Assembly (NCBI GenBank): GCA_039028615.1 | Contig: JBCCHT010000014.1 | Span: 1-64,000, forward strand | DNA from: Myxococcota bacterium | Lineage (GTDB): Bacteria > Myxococcota_A > Polyangia > Nannocystales > Nannocystaceae | Direction: 5' to 3' | DNA: 64,000 nt | Shown: in pieces, positions 47,601-57,917 of the stretch | Numbering within the stretch: position 1 is the stretch's first letter | Layout: every line of letters begins with the position of its first letter | Program-made: the position numbers and the translations under genes | Notes under the pieces: model-generated | What the model saw: the letters and a program-made list of their open reading frames with translations, nothing else | Databases searched by the model: none | What the model was told of the DNA's origin: nothing

Positions 47601-48695
47601 GGTCTCGCGCAGCTTGTCGTACTGCGGGAGCCGGAAGGTCTCGCGCTCGCAGCTTGGGTCGGCCGGATCGCAGGCCCAGGCGTAGTCGTAGCTCAGCGTC
47701 TCTTTGGCGCGATCGACCGCGGGGATGAAGCCCCGACAGTCGAGCAGCGGATCGCCGTCGATGTTGCAGGTCAGGGCGCCGCCCGGCGGCACGATGCCCT
47801 CGGCGTCGGGCGCCAGGGGCCGTCGCAGGTTCTCGGGGCGCAGCAGATCGCTGCCCTCGAGCACCGCGCCCGAGCCGGTGTCGACGGCCGAGAGCACGCC
47901 GTACTTCGCCACCTGGGTCGACAACGCGAAGTCGCACTCGGAGCAGCAGGTGTCGGGCCCGTCCTCGGGGTTGGAGCAGGTCTGACCACTGCCCTCGCCC
48001 ACGGCCCGGCTGTCCCAGCGGCCTCGCGTCGCCTTGATGGTGCCGTCGAGCCGCATCTTGAGCGGGTTGCCCGTGGTCGGGTCGACGGTGTTGCAGGGGT
48101 CGTTGCTCGGGTCGGCGTAGTCCTCGTGGCCGTAGCCGATGCCCTGGTCGCGCAGGTTGTCGACGCACGCGAGGTTCACGATGCGAGCGACCCGGTCCGG
48201 GTCCCCCGAGGCGCCGATGCGATAGTCCCCGTTGAAGCGGGTGATCGGCCCCTCGATCTCGAGCACCTGGGTCTTCCAGTCGTAGACCTCGTACAGCTGC
48301 GGGTTGTCGGGTCGCCGCCGCACCAGCTCGATCGAGGTGGGATCGAGCAGGTTGTTGAACACGAACTCGATGCCAAAGGCGGTGATGAGCGGGGAGATGC
48401 GGCAGTACTCCTCGGCGCCCCGCGGCGACTCGAGGGCGTCCTCGCTCAGCTCGCAGGGCCCGATGGGCTCGATGAAGTAGTGCCCCTCGGTGAGCTCGCC
48501 CGGGCAGCGGTCGCCCTCGCACTCGGGGCCGAGCACGTGCACCTTGCGGGACGCGTAGTTGACCCCGCTGATGCTCTCGAGGACGAGGTTGTGGGGGTCA
48601 CAAATGCCGCAATCGGGATCGTCGACGCAGCCGCCCAGGGTCGGCAGCGCTCCCAGCAGCAGCAAGAGGCCGGTCGCTCGGGTGGCCATGGTCAT
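44700..48695 (-). CDS. Large Cys-rich lipoprotein with thrombospondin type-3 (Ca-binding) repeats
   Basis: Lipobox TLGGC; repeated DxDxDGxGDxCDxC units in the C-terminal third. Confidence 0.9.
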   Translation of the reverse strand: MTMATRATGLLLLLGALPTLGGCVDDPDCGICDPHNLVLESISGVNYASRKVHVLGPECEGDRCPGELTEGHYFIEPIGPCELSEDALESPRGAEEYCRISPLITAFGIEFVFNNLLDPTSIELVRRRPDNPQLYEVYDWKTQVLEIEGPITRFNGDYRIGASGDPDRVARIVNLACVDNLRDQGIGYGHEDYADPSNDPCNTVDPTTGNPLKMRLDGTIKATRGRWDSRAVGEGSGQTCSNPEDGPDTCCSECDFALSTQVAKYGVLSAVDTGSGAVLEGSDLLRPENLRRPLAPDAEGIVPPGGALTCNIDGDPLLDCRGFIPAVDRAKETLSYDYAWACDPADPSCERETFRLPQYDKLRETHPQERPQWLESAGHACVASAQCQDIEGLDLPGSICVGTNDDGEACMVDASDPSCVEGTCRAPWFVQCRAQPDTTGAQGYCVDARFDDRGAGACYRSTTTFPVCDEEGNNCQTAQANSQLSFCDSDQDGRMLASECCAAELGGPFVDDEERCDPVYQRNLVPLPRADRNRFLPEITKDCICTDLSAAPPECVDAVAATCVDENGRVRPEREGEYAVKLVSRRGGVIYDPAIKGFEWQPADWGGIPRASVEACAQDRGNISPRTIRDGWRANDPFDQRAENFEDFDRAMCSGQSYTVVFQDPDEGEYLRDKRGNTLSGKSIYSFETPQFHVVPDSGFPSDNLRIGACDDYQIGFSNKYDLSPENLAKVEIWRIDEAGELLPPTDGCALGPVAGGPDCAATDAERVERGACVPPCLTVDTTGRQIGVLGVRIDPAEFRAVLQPEQRYRVAVPGLGTIGEMADPTAYQDAFWDACGMPLVTGLPDGGSEYTYDFLIDDPKCKEDLDLDGLQFSCDNAEDVYNRDQSDVDRDGVGDVVDLCPVVPSATINSADSDRDGIGNDCDNCRQAVKQYNDDAEELNVPLYMYARNIPFQGDADQDGIGDVCDNCPTVANCDGNGPDDPYAVGDPIAFDDPGRCQRDDDSDLLGDACQGMQGPGSAGPVGFADADDFDQDGVANLVDACPRQPLADAISCEQDVDCPENRRCEKVEPDDATGICDHVDTDGDGLGDICDTCAFVANPMQLFDGVVQLGDEDGDFIGFECEVGASCDDRNEPRPMAFREVTSSGYCCSVEIVEESDGSLTNVVTGLTMTDPDGIPVRLDCTEAQEEARQCRALPDDVIETPGVLQLPPGCEEALADAGMAGPEDNVDLGLEDVGGDLVALWDNLCLLPPRDQDHDGVGDACDLCDFVYDPENTQYVDQFGKLWPQAGAFCNGQYAPDVVCQDEEPMDGTGTGTGGDESDTDGGSSTGG

Positions 48696-48768
48696 TGCGC
48701 TCCCCCAAAACGAAAACGCGGCCCGGCCGTTACCAGCCACGCCGCGCGTGAAGTCTCGAAACCGGGGC

Positions 48769-49206
48769 TCAGCCCTTGAGGTTGTCGGGAATCTTCTTGT
48801 CCTTGTTCTTCATGATGCCCAGCACCTCGGCCCCGGCCTGCTTGGCCAGGTCGAGCACCTCGACCGCCGTCCCGTACTTGGCGCTGTCGTCGAAGTCGAC
48901 GAAGACGACCTTCTTGTCGCGAACCTCGAGCTGGCGAGCGATCTCCTCGGACAGCCGGGTACGGTCGACGGGGTTGCGGTTGAGCGTGAGGCCGCCCTCC
49001 TTGGTGAGGCCGATGACCAGGGTCTCCTGGGCCGGCTTCTCCCGCGGGGGCTTCTTGCTCTCGGGCGGCACACGGACCGAAATCTCCGGTACGTTCTGCG
49101 GCACCATCACCATGAAGATGATGAGCAGCACGAGGCACACGTCGACCAGAGGTGTGACGTTGATTTCGCTGTTGGCTCCTCCCGAGGAGCCGGCGGACAT
49201 GCCCAT
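48769..49206 (-). CDS. exbD: ExbD/TolR family protein
   Basis: EINVTPLVDVCLVLLIIFMV; AKYGTAVEVLDLAKQAG. Confidence 0.92.
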   Translation of the reverse strand: MGMSAGSSGGANSEINVTPLVDVCLVLLIIFMVMVPQNVPEISVRVPPESKKPPREKPAQETLVIGLTKEGGLTLNRNPVDRTRLSEEIARQLEVRDKKVVFVDFDDSAKYGTAVEVLDLAKQAGAEVLGIMKNKDKKIPDNLKG

Positions 49207-49340
49207 GGTGGGTTCTCCCTAAAGTCGAGTCGTTGTCCGAATCGAAGAAGCGGAGACGGGTGTCCATCACCTGTCTCCAAGTCGAAGCGCCCCTCACGCT
49301 TACAGGTCGTTGCCGACCCCGCGGGGGCGCCGATTCGCGT

Positions 49341-49847
49341 TTACTGGGGCGACGGCGCGCTTCCCCCGTCGGCGATGTCGACCACGAGTGCGATTTCCTC
49401 GGGCGGCACGTCGAGCGTGTTGATCCACTCCATCACGATGCGAACCCGACCGTAGTCGGTCTCCACATCACCCTTGATGAACAGGATGGGCTCGTCGGCC
49501 TTGCCGTTGGCTTTCGCCTTGCCAATCGCGACCTTGAGGTCGTCCTTGAGGCGGTTGAGGAAGTTCGACTTCTCCAGATACAGGTCCTGCTCGATCCAGG
49601 CCCCTTCGTCGTCGACCGACACGAAGACCTGATCGCCTTCCTTGTGCTCGGCCGCGGCGGCCAGCTCGGGAAGTCTCACCGCACGGCCACGCCCCAGCAT
49701 CGGGGTGACGACCATGAAGATGATGAGAAGGACGAGACAGACGTCCACCAACGGGGTCACGTTGATGGCGCTGTTGGGGGCCTCGTGCTTGACCCCTTTG
49801 TCGCTCTTGTAGGGGACGCGTCGCCGCCCCCCCAGGCCGCTGCTCAT
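49341..49847 (-). CDS. exbD: ExbD/TolR family protein
   Basis: INVTPLVDVCLVLLIIFMVVTPM; FIKGDVETDYGRV. Confidence 0.92.
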   Translation of the reverse strand: MSSGLGGRRRVPYKSDKGVKHEAPNSAINVTPLVDVCLVLLIIFMVVTPMLGRGRAVRLPELAAAAEHKEGDQVFVSVDDEGAWIEQDLYLEKSNFLNRLKDDLKVAIGKAKANGKADEPILFIKGDVETDYGRVRIVMEWINTLDVPPEEIALVVDIADGGSAPSPQ

Positions 49848-50572
49848 GAGTAGCGGCCCTCCTTGAGGACGAAGTCGATGAGCTCCGAGGCCACGTCGTT
49901 CATGTCGATCTGGTAGGACTCGACGCGAGCGTTGAAGGCGTTGAAGAGCATCACGGCCGGGATGGCGACCAGCAGACCGGCCGCGGTAGCGACCAGCGCC
50001 TCGGAAATACCACCCGAAACCGCCGCCAGACCGCCGCCGCCGTCAGACGACAGGCCCTGGAAGGAGTTGATGATACCGACGACGGTACCGAGCAGACCGA
50101 CGAACGGAGCGGTGGAACCGACGGTGGCGAGCCAGGTGAGGCCACGCTTGAGGTTGGCCGTCTCGCGCTCCTTGGCGCGCTCCATCTGACGGTTGACGGC
50201 ATCGACCAGGTCGAAGTCGCCGACGTCGTCGGGCCCCTCTTCACGGAGTGCCTCGAGACCTTCGAGGTATTCGCGCAAGCCTGCGCCCACGACCTTGGCG
50301 ACCGGCGAGTCGGGGTGCTGCTGCGCCCCCTGTACGGCCTCCTCGATCTTGCGCTCTTGCAGGTAGGTGCGCAGCATCATGATGTAGTTGATCGACTGAC
50401 GCTTCGCGCGGCCGTAGGCCCGCAGGCGTTCGAAGATGATCGCCAGCGCGATCACGAACATGATGATCAGGCCGACGAGCACCGCCTTGGCGAAGAAGCC
50501 CATCTCGGCCCACATGCCTTCGAACGAGAAGTCGGCGGCGCCTTCGGCGAGTAAGATCGGGAGGTGGTCCAT
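49844..50572 (-). CDS. exbB: ExbB/TolQ/MotA proton channel protein
   Basis: LATVGSTAPFVGLLGTVVGIINSF; GISEALVATAAGLLVAIPA. Confidence 0.95.
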   Translation of the reverse strand: MDHLPILLAEGAADFSFEGMWAEMGFFAKAVLVGLIIMFVIALAIIFERLRAYGRAKRQSINYIMMLRTYLQERKIEEAVQGAQQHPDSPVAKVVGAGLREYLEGLEALREEGPDDVGDFDLVDAVNRQMERAKERETANLKRGLTWLATVGSTAPFVGLLGTVVGIINSFQGLSSDGGGGLAAVSGGISEALVATAAGLLVAIPAVMLFNAFNARVESYQIDMNDVASELIDFVLKEGRYS

Positions 50573-50644
50573 GGTCTTTTGGCTTGTCCTGTGACCTTCG
50601 GAGTCTTGTTGGGTGGGTGAGCGTGCGAACCCGGCTTGGGAACG

Positions 50645-51457
50645 CTAATCGAACAGGATTCGGAACTCGACCGTACTGCAGCTCTCGATGGGCTTACCGC
50701 CCACGATTTTGGCTTTGAAACGCCACTTGGAGACGGTCTCTTGACAGATTCGGTTGACCTGAGGGTCGTGCGGGTACTTCTTGGTGACCTTGACCCCCTT
50801 GGTCTTGCCACCGGTACCCACGCAGAACTTGACCTTCACCGAGCCCGGCCGCTTGTCGAACTTCGCGGCCTTGGTGGCCTGAAGCTTCTTCTGGTCGGGG
50901 TCGGGAGTGTAGATGCCGCGACTCTTGATGGCCGTAATCGGCTCCATCACGACCTCTTTTTTGGCGTCGTCGGGATTGCGCTTGGTCGCAACGCCACCGG
51001 GGACGCCACCTAACACACCACCGACCACACCGCCGACGACACCACCCGGCACACCGCCGGGAACACCCCCTGGCACACCGCCGGGGATCTTCGGGCCCTT
51101 CTTGCCCGGGGTCTTCTTGGCGTCGGGAATCTTGTCCGGCGTCTCCTTGGGCTGGACGATCTCTTCCTGCGGGACTTCCTCGTCCGGGATGTCGTCCTCG
51201 GGCTCGGGCTCCGGCTCGGTATCGTCACCCGCGGGGGGCGGAGGCGGCGGAGGTGGAGGCGGCGGCTCCTCGGCGAGCATGACCGTCACCGCGTACTTCG
51301 ACGTCGGCGGATCCACCTTGTTGATCGTCATCTTGTCGGCAACCCAACCGAAGATGAGAAACGCAGCGGTAGTCACCCCAGCCGCGGTCGCGGCGATTTG
51401 GAGACGCAGGCGGCGGCGCGGGTCGCCGCCCTGGTAGTGCATGTAATGCTCGAACAT
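50645..51457 (-). CDS. tonB: TonB-like energy transducer
   Basis: N-terminal TM, poly-Pro, GGVP repeats and TonB-C-like domain (ETVSKWRFK). Confidence 0.85.
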   Translation of the reverse strand: MFEHYMHYQGGDPRRRLRLQIAATAAGVTTAAFLIFGWVADKMTINKVDPPTSKYAVTVMLAEEPPPPPPPPPPPAGDDTEPEPEPEDDIPDEEVPQEEIVQPKETPDKIPDAKKTPGKKGPKIPGGVPGGVPGGVPGGVVGGVVGGVLGGVPGGVATKRNPDDAKKEVVMEPITAIKSRGIYTPDPDQKKLQATKAAKFDKRPGSVKVKFCVGTGGKTKGVKVTKKYPHDPQVNRICQETVSKWRFKAKIVGGKPIESCSTVEFRILFD

Positions 51458-51515
51458 CAGCTTGGTCCTCGGCGTTGCTCGGATCCGTGCGAACGCTCGT
51501 CACGCCGATCTGGCG

Positions 51516-52586
51516 CTACCGCTTCCGCTTCCCCTTCTTCTTTTTGGGCTCCTCTTCCTCGGGCGGGGCCGCGAGTGCGGCCTCGATCTCGGCTTTTTGC
51601 GCCGCGTCGTCGGCCTGCTCTTGAGCAGTCAACGGAGGCGGTGGGCAGCAGGGGCCTTCCGGAACGCCGGACGTCGGACAATCGGGGATCTGGTCGAGAT
51701 CGCAGACCGCCTTTTGCTGACGCCAGGCGAGCATGGAGTCTTCTCGGGCGAGAATCGCCTCGATCTTCTCCTCGGGGAACTCCGGGGTCTCGACGACCAT
51801 CCGCGCGTTCATCTTCTGCGTGTAGGCCATGGAGCGCCACACGTAGGCATCGCGGAACTTCGCGTCGATGGACACCGCCTTCTCGAGCAGCCCGAGCACC
51901 TCGTCGGCGATCTTCAGGCGGTCGGAGGGCGGCAGGGACTCGTTGTAGGGCAGCCCGGACTCGGGCTCGGGCCACAGCGGCTCGAAGCGGCGAATGGCCA
52001 GCGCGTGCCAGGCCCGAACGCTCTGCGGGAAGTCCTCGGTACGCTTGACGTACCACTCTTCGACCTTCCCATCGTTGCCGCACTGCTCGTACTGCCGAAT
52101 CACCGCGCCGTAGATGGCCTCGTTGTTCGGCTCGTCCTGCTTCTTCTCGAACCAGTACGTCAGCAGCTCGTCGCAACGCTCGTCGGCGTTGAGGATGTTG
52201 AGTCGGTGATCGAGGACGATTTTCTCGTCTTCCTCGGTCTTGACCTCGAGGCGGTCGTACCAGGTCTGGAAGTCACGCAACGCCATGTCGGCGTAGGTCT
52301 TCCGCTCCTCGCGTTGCTCGGGCTCCTTCATGCGCATGACCTGGCTTTCGGCCGCGCACGCGCGGTTCCAAAGCAGGGTCACACCATCGGGCTCGAGGTG
52401 CTCGGCGAGGTCGTACTTCTCGATGGCCTCGGGGTACTTGGCGTCCTTGTACAGGACGTTGCCCTCACGGATGAGGTCGCGCGCCTCGATCTTGGCGCAG
52501 CCCCCTGCGGTCCCGAGGGTGAGCAGCGACCCCATGACCACAGAGGCCAGGGTACGACGACCGTTGGCGGCGAAAGAGCGGCCCAT
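51516..52586 (-). CDS. TPR lipoprotein
   Basis: Lipobox TAGGC; GNVLYKDAKYPEAIEKY TPR; start set at ATG 52586. Confidence 0.8.
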   Translation of the reverse strand: MGRSFAANGRRTLASVVMGSLLTLGTAGGCAKIEARDLIREGNVLYKDAKYPEAIEKYDLAEHLEPDGVTLLWNRACAAESQVMRMKEPEQREERKTYADMALRDFQTWYDRLEVKTEEDEKIVLDHRLNILNADERCDELLTYWFEKKQDEPNNEAIYGAVIRQYEQCGNDGKVEEWYVKRTEDFPQSVRAWHALAIRRFEPLWPEPESGLPYNESLPPSDRLKIADEVLGLLEKAVSIDAKFRDAYVWRSMAYTQKMNARMVVETPEFPEEKIEAILAREDSMLAWRQQKAVCDLDQIPDCPTSGVPEGPCCPPPPLTAQEQADDAAQKAEIEAALAAPPEEEEPKKKKGKRKR

Positions 52587-52875
52587 TGAGCGTCGCAGTG
52601 TACAGCAGAACCGGCGCAAATTCTTCAGTCCCCTCGCGGTGATGGCGTGATTGAAAGGCCGTGGTGGCGGTTGGGCCGCCTGAGCTGGCTCACGGGGGAG
52701 CCGGGAGCCGGACACGACGCAATCGACGTCGTTGGACCGGCAACGCAAAAGCCCTGGTCCGGCTTACAGCCGGACCCTGCGCCGGAGACCCTCCGACGCA
52801 GACGAGTAAGATAAGGAGACGGGCAGCGTGTCCCCCGTTGGTGCCTTGGATGGCCCGCGCCCGTCAAGCGTTGGT

Positions 52876-53712
52876 TCACTCGAACCGAAGCTCGAACGTC
52901 ACCGATGTACAGGTCTTGCGGGCTCGGCCGCCGACCTTCAATGGATAGAAACGCCAGGAAGACACGGTCTGGCGGCAGATCCGATCGACTTCGGGATCGC
53001 CACCGAAGGCCCGGCGGGTGCGCACGTCCACGGTGTGACCCGTGTCGTCGACACAAAACGAGACGGTGCTCCGACCCGGGCGACGGTTCGTGCGACCGGT
53101 GGTCGTTCGCGCAAGCGCGTGCACATCGGGGTCGGGCGAGTAGCGGGCTTTGGCCATGACCGTCTTGATCGGTGCCCGCGTGAGATCTTTCGGCTCGGGA
53201 CGGATGGGAGAGATGGGTCGCCGCGGCGGCGGGTTCTCGGCGCACGGCGGCGTGATGCAGGTGCCGATGCCGGGAGGGCCCCCGGGAATCCCGATGCTGC
53301 CCAGACCCGGCTTCACTCCCGGCGGTAGCGGAGAACCGGAGACGGGCTTGGGGCGCGAGCGGGCGGGCACGGGCTCGAGAGCGGGCGCCTCGGCCTCGGG
53401 CGGCTCGGGCTTCACCGACACCGTCTTTCGCTGCGCCGCAGCTCCTCCCGCCGCGGTGTCCTTGACCGGGTCGACCTTCGGCGCGGGCGGGGGCGTCGTG
53501 GGCGGGACGACCTGATTGAGCTGGAAGGTCACCTGGTAGACGTTCTTGGGCGGCGCGACGGCATTGATGCCGAGCTTCTCCGTGACCCACATCGACGTGC
53601 CGACCCCGATGCTCACGATGGCGGCCATGAGGGCACTGCTCATCAAACGACGGCGTTGGTCGCTGAGTTCTTGGTGGTCATCGATCAGTGTTGCGAAGCG
53701 GATTGCGGTCAT
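52876..53712 (-). CDS. Second TonB-like protein, paralogue of 50645..51457
   Basis: TM, Pro-rich linker and C-domain YSPDPD...VSFCV...DRICRQTVSSWRF. Confidence 0.8.
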   Translation of the reverse strand: MTAIRFATLIDDHQELSDQRRRLMSSALMAAIVSIGVGTSMWVTEKLGINAVAPPKNVYQVTFQLNQVVPPTTPPPAPKVDPVKDTAAGGAAAQRKTVSVKPEPPEAEAPALEPVPARSRPKPVSGSPLPPGVKPGLGSIGIPGGPPGIGTCITPPCAENPPPRRPISPIRPEPKDLTRAPIKTVMAKARYSPDPDVHALARTTTGRTNRRPGRSTVSFCVDDTGHTVDVRTRRAFGGDPEVDRICRQTVSSWRFYPLKVGGRARKTCTSVTFELRFE

Positions 53713-53856
53713 CGACTCGTCCTTCCCGGGGCGCACGACCCCACAGACCACCGCGTCCACGCGCATGCGTGGCTCGCCAGTGGCAAACCCCTGGGCCGTC
53801 CTACGAACGATGGGGACCCATCGTTCTGGCAAACGGTCCCAAACTCGATGCGAACG

Positions 53857-54909
53857 TCAGCGGGGCGGCGCGCCCAGCTCGATCGCGATGTCGCCCAGCC
53901 GCGTGCGGCCCGTGGCCAGCAGGACCAAGCGGTCCAGGCCCAGCGCGACCCCGGCACACGGCGGCAGCCCAGGCGAGCGCAGATCGGCCAAGAACTCGGG
54001 GTCGATCGGCAAGGGCGGCTGGTCCATCGAGGCGCGCAGCGTGTTGACGTCTTGGAAACGACGGAGCTGCTCGTTTGGATCTCGCAGCTCGCGATATCCA
54101 TTGGCCAGCTCGCGGCCGTGGGCGTAGCTCTCGAAGCGATGCGCCAGCGCGCGATCGCTGCCGTCTTCCGCCGGCCCGACCTCGGACAATGCCGCCAGCG
54201 GGGCCGGCATCTGCCCCACGTGCACGCCGAGCTGTCGCCGCTGGTCGAGCCAGGGGTCGAGGCAGGTGTCGCACCACGCGGAAAAGAACGCCGTCCAGGC
54301 CGCCAATGAATGGGCCCGGGGCGATGACGCCAACCGATCATCACGCAGTGTCGCCAACGGATGACCGAGCCGCGCGCTTACAGGCGCCAGCGCAGCCGCC
54401 AGCCGGGGCGCGTCTTCGTCACCCCGCAGCGACAGACCCAGGGTCTGTGACATCAGGTCCACCACACCGACTTCGAGCCACTGCTGCGGTGGCACGATGG
54501 CCGGCTCGTCCAGCACTCCGGCCACCGCGTCGTGGACCGCGGCCACGACCGCTTCCACGTCGCGCCGCAGTGCATCGGTATCGCTCGCGACGCGATACCA
54601 CTCGATCATGTGGAACTCTTCGCGGTGCAGGGCTCCGTGCTCGGCGGCGCGAAAGCACGGTGCGATCTGGAAGATCGACGGCGCGCCCCGGCACAAGAGC
54701 CGCTTCATCGGCAGCTCGGGGCTCGTCGCCAAGACCCCCGGCGGCGCGGCCAGGGGTTCGATGAAGGGCTCGACCGCGACCGCCTGCAAGCGCACGGGCG
54801 TGACCACCTCGGCCATCCCCTGCCCTCGCAGGACCTCGCGCGTCGCATTCAAGGCCGCGTCCCACACGAGCACGCGGCTCGCAAAGGGCAGCGGAGGGCG
54901 ACCGCTCAA
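53857..54909 (-). CDS. epmA: EF-P lysine aminoacylase EpmA (GenX/PoxA)
   Basis: LATSPELPMKRLL, FQIAPCFRAAE, HREEFHMIEWY, RELANGYREL, GVALGLDRL; TTG start overlaps the efp stop. Confidence 0.9.
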   Translation of the reverse strand: MSGRPPLPFASRVLVWDAALNATREVLRGQGMAEVVTPVRLQAVAVEPFIEPLAAPPGVLATSPELPMKRLLCRGAPSIFQIAPCFRAAEHGALHREEFHMIEWYRVASDTDALRRDVEAVVAAVHDAVAGVLDEPAIVPPQQWLEVGVVDLMSQTLGLSLRGDEDAPRLAAALAPVSARLGHPLATLRDDRLASSPRAHSLAAWTAFFSAWCDTCLDPWLDQRRQLGVHVGQMPAPLAALSEVGPAEDGSDRALAHRFESYAHGRELANGYRELRDPNEQLRRFQDVNTLRASMDQPPLPIDPEFLADLRSPGLPPCAGVALGLDRLVLLATGRTRLGDIAIELGAPPR

Positions 54910-55466
54910 CTGTTGACGCGCTCGACGTAGGCCTTGGTGCGCGTGTCGACCTTGACCTTCTCGCCCTGCTTGATGAACAGCGGCACCTGGATGGTCAGCC
55001 CGGTCTGCACCGTGGCGTCCTTGGTGGTGTTGGTGGCCGTATCGCCCTTCACGCCCGGAGCACACTCGGTGATGTCCATGATGACGTGACTGGGCAGGCT
55101 GACCCCCACCGGACGCTCGTTGTAGAACAGCACGTCGACCTCGAGCTGATCGAGCAGGAAGTACTTGTCGTCGTCGATGAGCTCGGCCGACAGCTCCACC
55201 TGCTCGTAGGTCGCGCTGTCCATGAAGGTGTAGGACCCGCCCGACTCGAACAGGTACTGCATCTTCTTCGACTCGACGTTGGCGGCCGTCAGCCTCTCAC
55301 CCTAGCGCCAGGTCCGGTCGATCACCGAGCCGGTGATCATCTGCTTGAGCTTGCACTTGTAGAGGCCCTGCCCCTTGCCCGGCTTGACGAACTGAAACTC
55401 GACCACGAGGTACGGGTGTCCGTCGATCTCGACCTTGGCGTTCTTGCGCAGCTCACTGACGTCCAT
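54906..55466 (-). pseudogene. efp: Elongation factor P interrupted by an in-frame TAG at codon 55 (55302-55304); real nonsense allele or sequence error
   Basis: MDVSELRKNAKVEIDGHPYLVVEFQFVKPGKGQG...VIDRTWR*GERLTAANVESKKMQYL...PGVKGDTA...VPLFI...DTRTKAYVER, all in one frame. Confidence 0.8.
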
Positions 55467-55685
55467 GATGACTTCGTCGTCCTTCGTTCGCCGGGTCCGG
55501 CAGGGTCACCCTGCGGCAATCTCCGCGGCGGGCGACCTTTTTCCAACAAGGCCGGTCGCTGTCAACCACCCCGGCGGGATCAACGCAGCCCCCATTCCCG
55601 GAACGCTGCATGGCCTTGCGCACACCCCTACGTAACAACGTGTCGCAGAGGGTGGCCAAGCCCCTTCGGATGTGGCAGGCTACTA

Positions 55686-55701
55686 CCCAGTTCCCACTGG
55701 G
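55686..55701. promoter_or_regulatory. Palindrome upstream of the Rrf2 gene, candidate operator
   Basis: CCCAGT-TCCC-ACTGGG ends 13 nt before ATG 55715. Confidence 0.45.
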
Positions 55702-55714
55702 GTTACCGTAAAAA

Positions 55715-56128
55715 ATGCGGCTCACCACAAAAGCACGTTATGGCCTTCGCGCCCTATGCCACGTTGCCCACCGCGGGTATGCCTCTGCACAGGTGATCGC
55801 GGAACACCAGGCTATTCCCTCACGATATCTCGAAGAAATCATCGGCGAGCTTCGCCGCGCTGGTTTCGTGATCGGAAAACGGGGTCCCCGTGGGGGATAT
55901 CGCCTGGCCAAGCCACCCGCCGAGATCATCATCTCCGACGTGCTTCGCGCGCGCGCGAGCGCATCGTCGGCGAACACCACGGGGGATCCGCAGGACGAGA
56001 TCACCGCGTTGGTGGAGCGCTCGGTCGACGATCGTCTGCAAGCAGCGGTCGGCGACCTCAAGCTCGACGAGCTGCTGAGCGAAGCTCGAGATCGTCATCG
56101 TCGCAGCGCGGCGAACTACGTGATCTGA
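55715..56128 (+). CDS. Rrf2-family regulator, CymR-like (no Fe-S cysteine triad)
   Basis: MRLTTKARYGLRAL, YLEEIIGELRRAG, RGPRGGYRLAKPP; ends in NYVI. Confidence 0.9.
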   Translation: MRLTTKARYGLRALCHVAHRGYASAQVIAEHQAIPSRYLEEIIGELRRAGFVIGKRGPRGGYRLAKPPAEIIISDVLRARASASSANTTGDPQDEITALVERSVDDRLQAAVGDLKLDELLSEARDRHRRSAANYVI

Positions 56129-56141
56129 CCGGGCAGCGACC

Positions 56142-57104
<963 letters not shown>

Positions 57105-57109
57105 CCGCC

Positions 57110-57814
57110 ATGGCGCTGCCTGCATCCGCTTGCTTCGTGGTCGTCGGTGCCGGAGGGCTGGGTTGTCCCGCCCTGCTGGCCCTGTCGGCGGCCGAGGCAT
57201 CGCGGGTGCTCGTGCTCGACCACGATCGCGTGGAGAGCCACAACCTCCAGCGCCAGGTGCTCTACGACATCGGTGACGTGGGCGCGCCCAAGGTCGAGGC
57301 GGCCAAGCGTCGGCTGCCCGCGCTCGACATCGAAGCGCAGCAACGGAAGATCACGGCCGACGAGGTGGACGACTTCGTCGCCGAGCTTCCCGAGGGCGCG
57401 GTCGTGCTCGAGTGCACCGACGCGCCCGTGCTCAAGTTCGCCTTCAACGACGCCTGCCTGCGCCACGACGTGCCGCTGGTCATCGGCGCCGCGCTGCGAT
57501 GGCAGGGCCAAGCGCTCGCGGTCCGCCGCGGCCACGCGTGCTACCGCTGCGTGTACGAGTCCCCTCCCCCCGCCGACGACGTACCCCGCTGCGACGAGGC
57601 CGGCGTGGTGGGCTCGGGCGTGGGGCATGTCGGCATGCTGATGGCCCACCTCGCCCTGCAGCTCGCGGCGGGCGACGAGTCGGTCGCCGGCCAGCTGTGG
57701 GCGATCGACCTGCTCCGCGCTCGGGTGCAGCGCATCGCACCTGCCGTGCGAGCGACCTGCCCCTGTCACCCCGGACACGCCGCCGCCGTGGCCCACGCCG
57801 CCGCGCCGAACTGA
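57110..57814 (+). CDS. ThiF/MoeB/HesA E1-like adenylyltransferase
   Basis: VVGAGGLGCPA, DHDRVESHNLQRQ, CYRC, CDEAGV; no rhodanese domain. Confidence 0.9.
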   Translation: MALPASACFVVVGAGGLGCPALLALSAAEASRVLVLDHDRVESHNLQRQVLYDIGDVGAPKVEAAKRRLPALDIEAQQRKITADEVDDFVAELPEGAVVLECTDAPVLKFAFNDACLRHDVPLVIGAALRWQGQALAVRRGHACYRCVYESPPPADDVPRCDEAGVVGSGVGHVGMLMAHLALQLAAGDESVAGQLWAIDLLRARVQRIAPAVRATCPCHPGHAAAVAHAAAPN

Positions 57815-57917
57815 ATTTCCCTTCGCGCCGCCGCCGGACGAAACACCGAGCCCGCGACGGACGCTCTTTCAATCAACCACTTCCCGAAGAAGACCGAAAC
57901 CAGGAGACCCACGAACC

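Noticed and set aside
44784..48779. Very long plus-strand ORF (also 33513..36362, 20883..22802, 2137..3453, 38645..40288)
   Set aside because: These are antisense shadows of real genes caused by high GC3; they carry no recognisable motifs.
55302..55304. Pyrrolysine recoding of the efp TAG
   Set aside because: No pyl genes or convincing downstream structure are visible, other genes here use TAG as a normal stop, and a one-base change from TCG is simpler.
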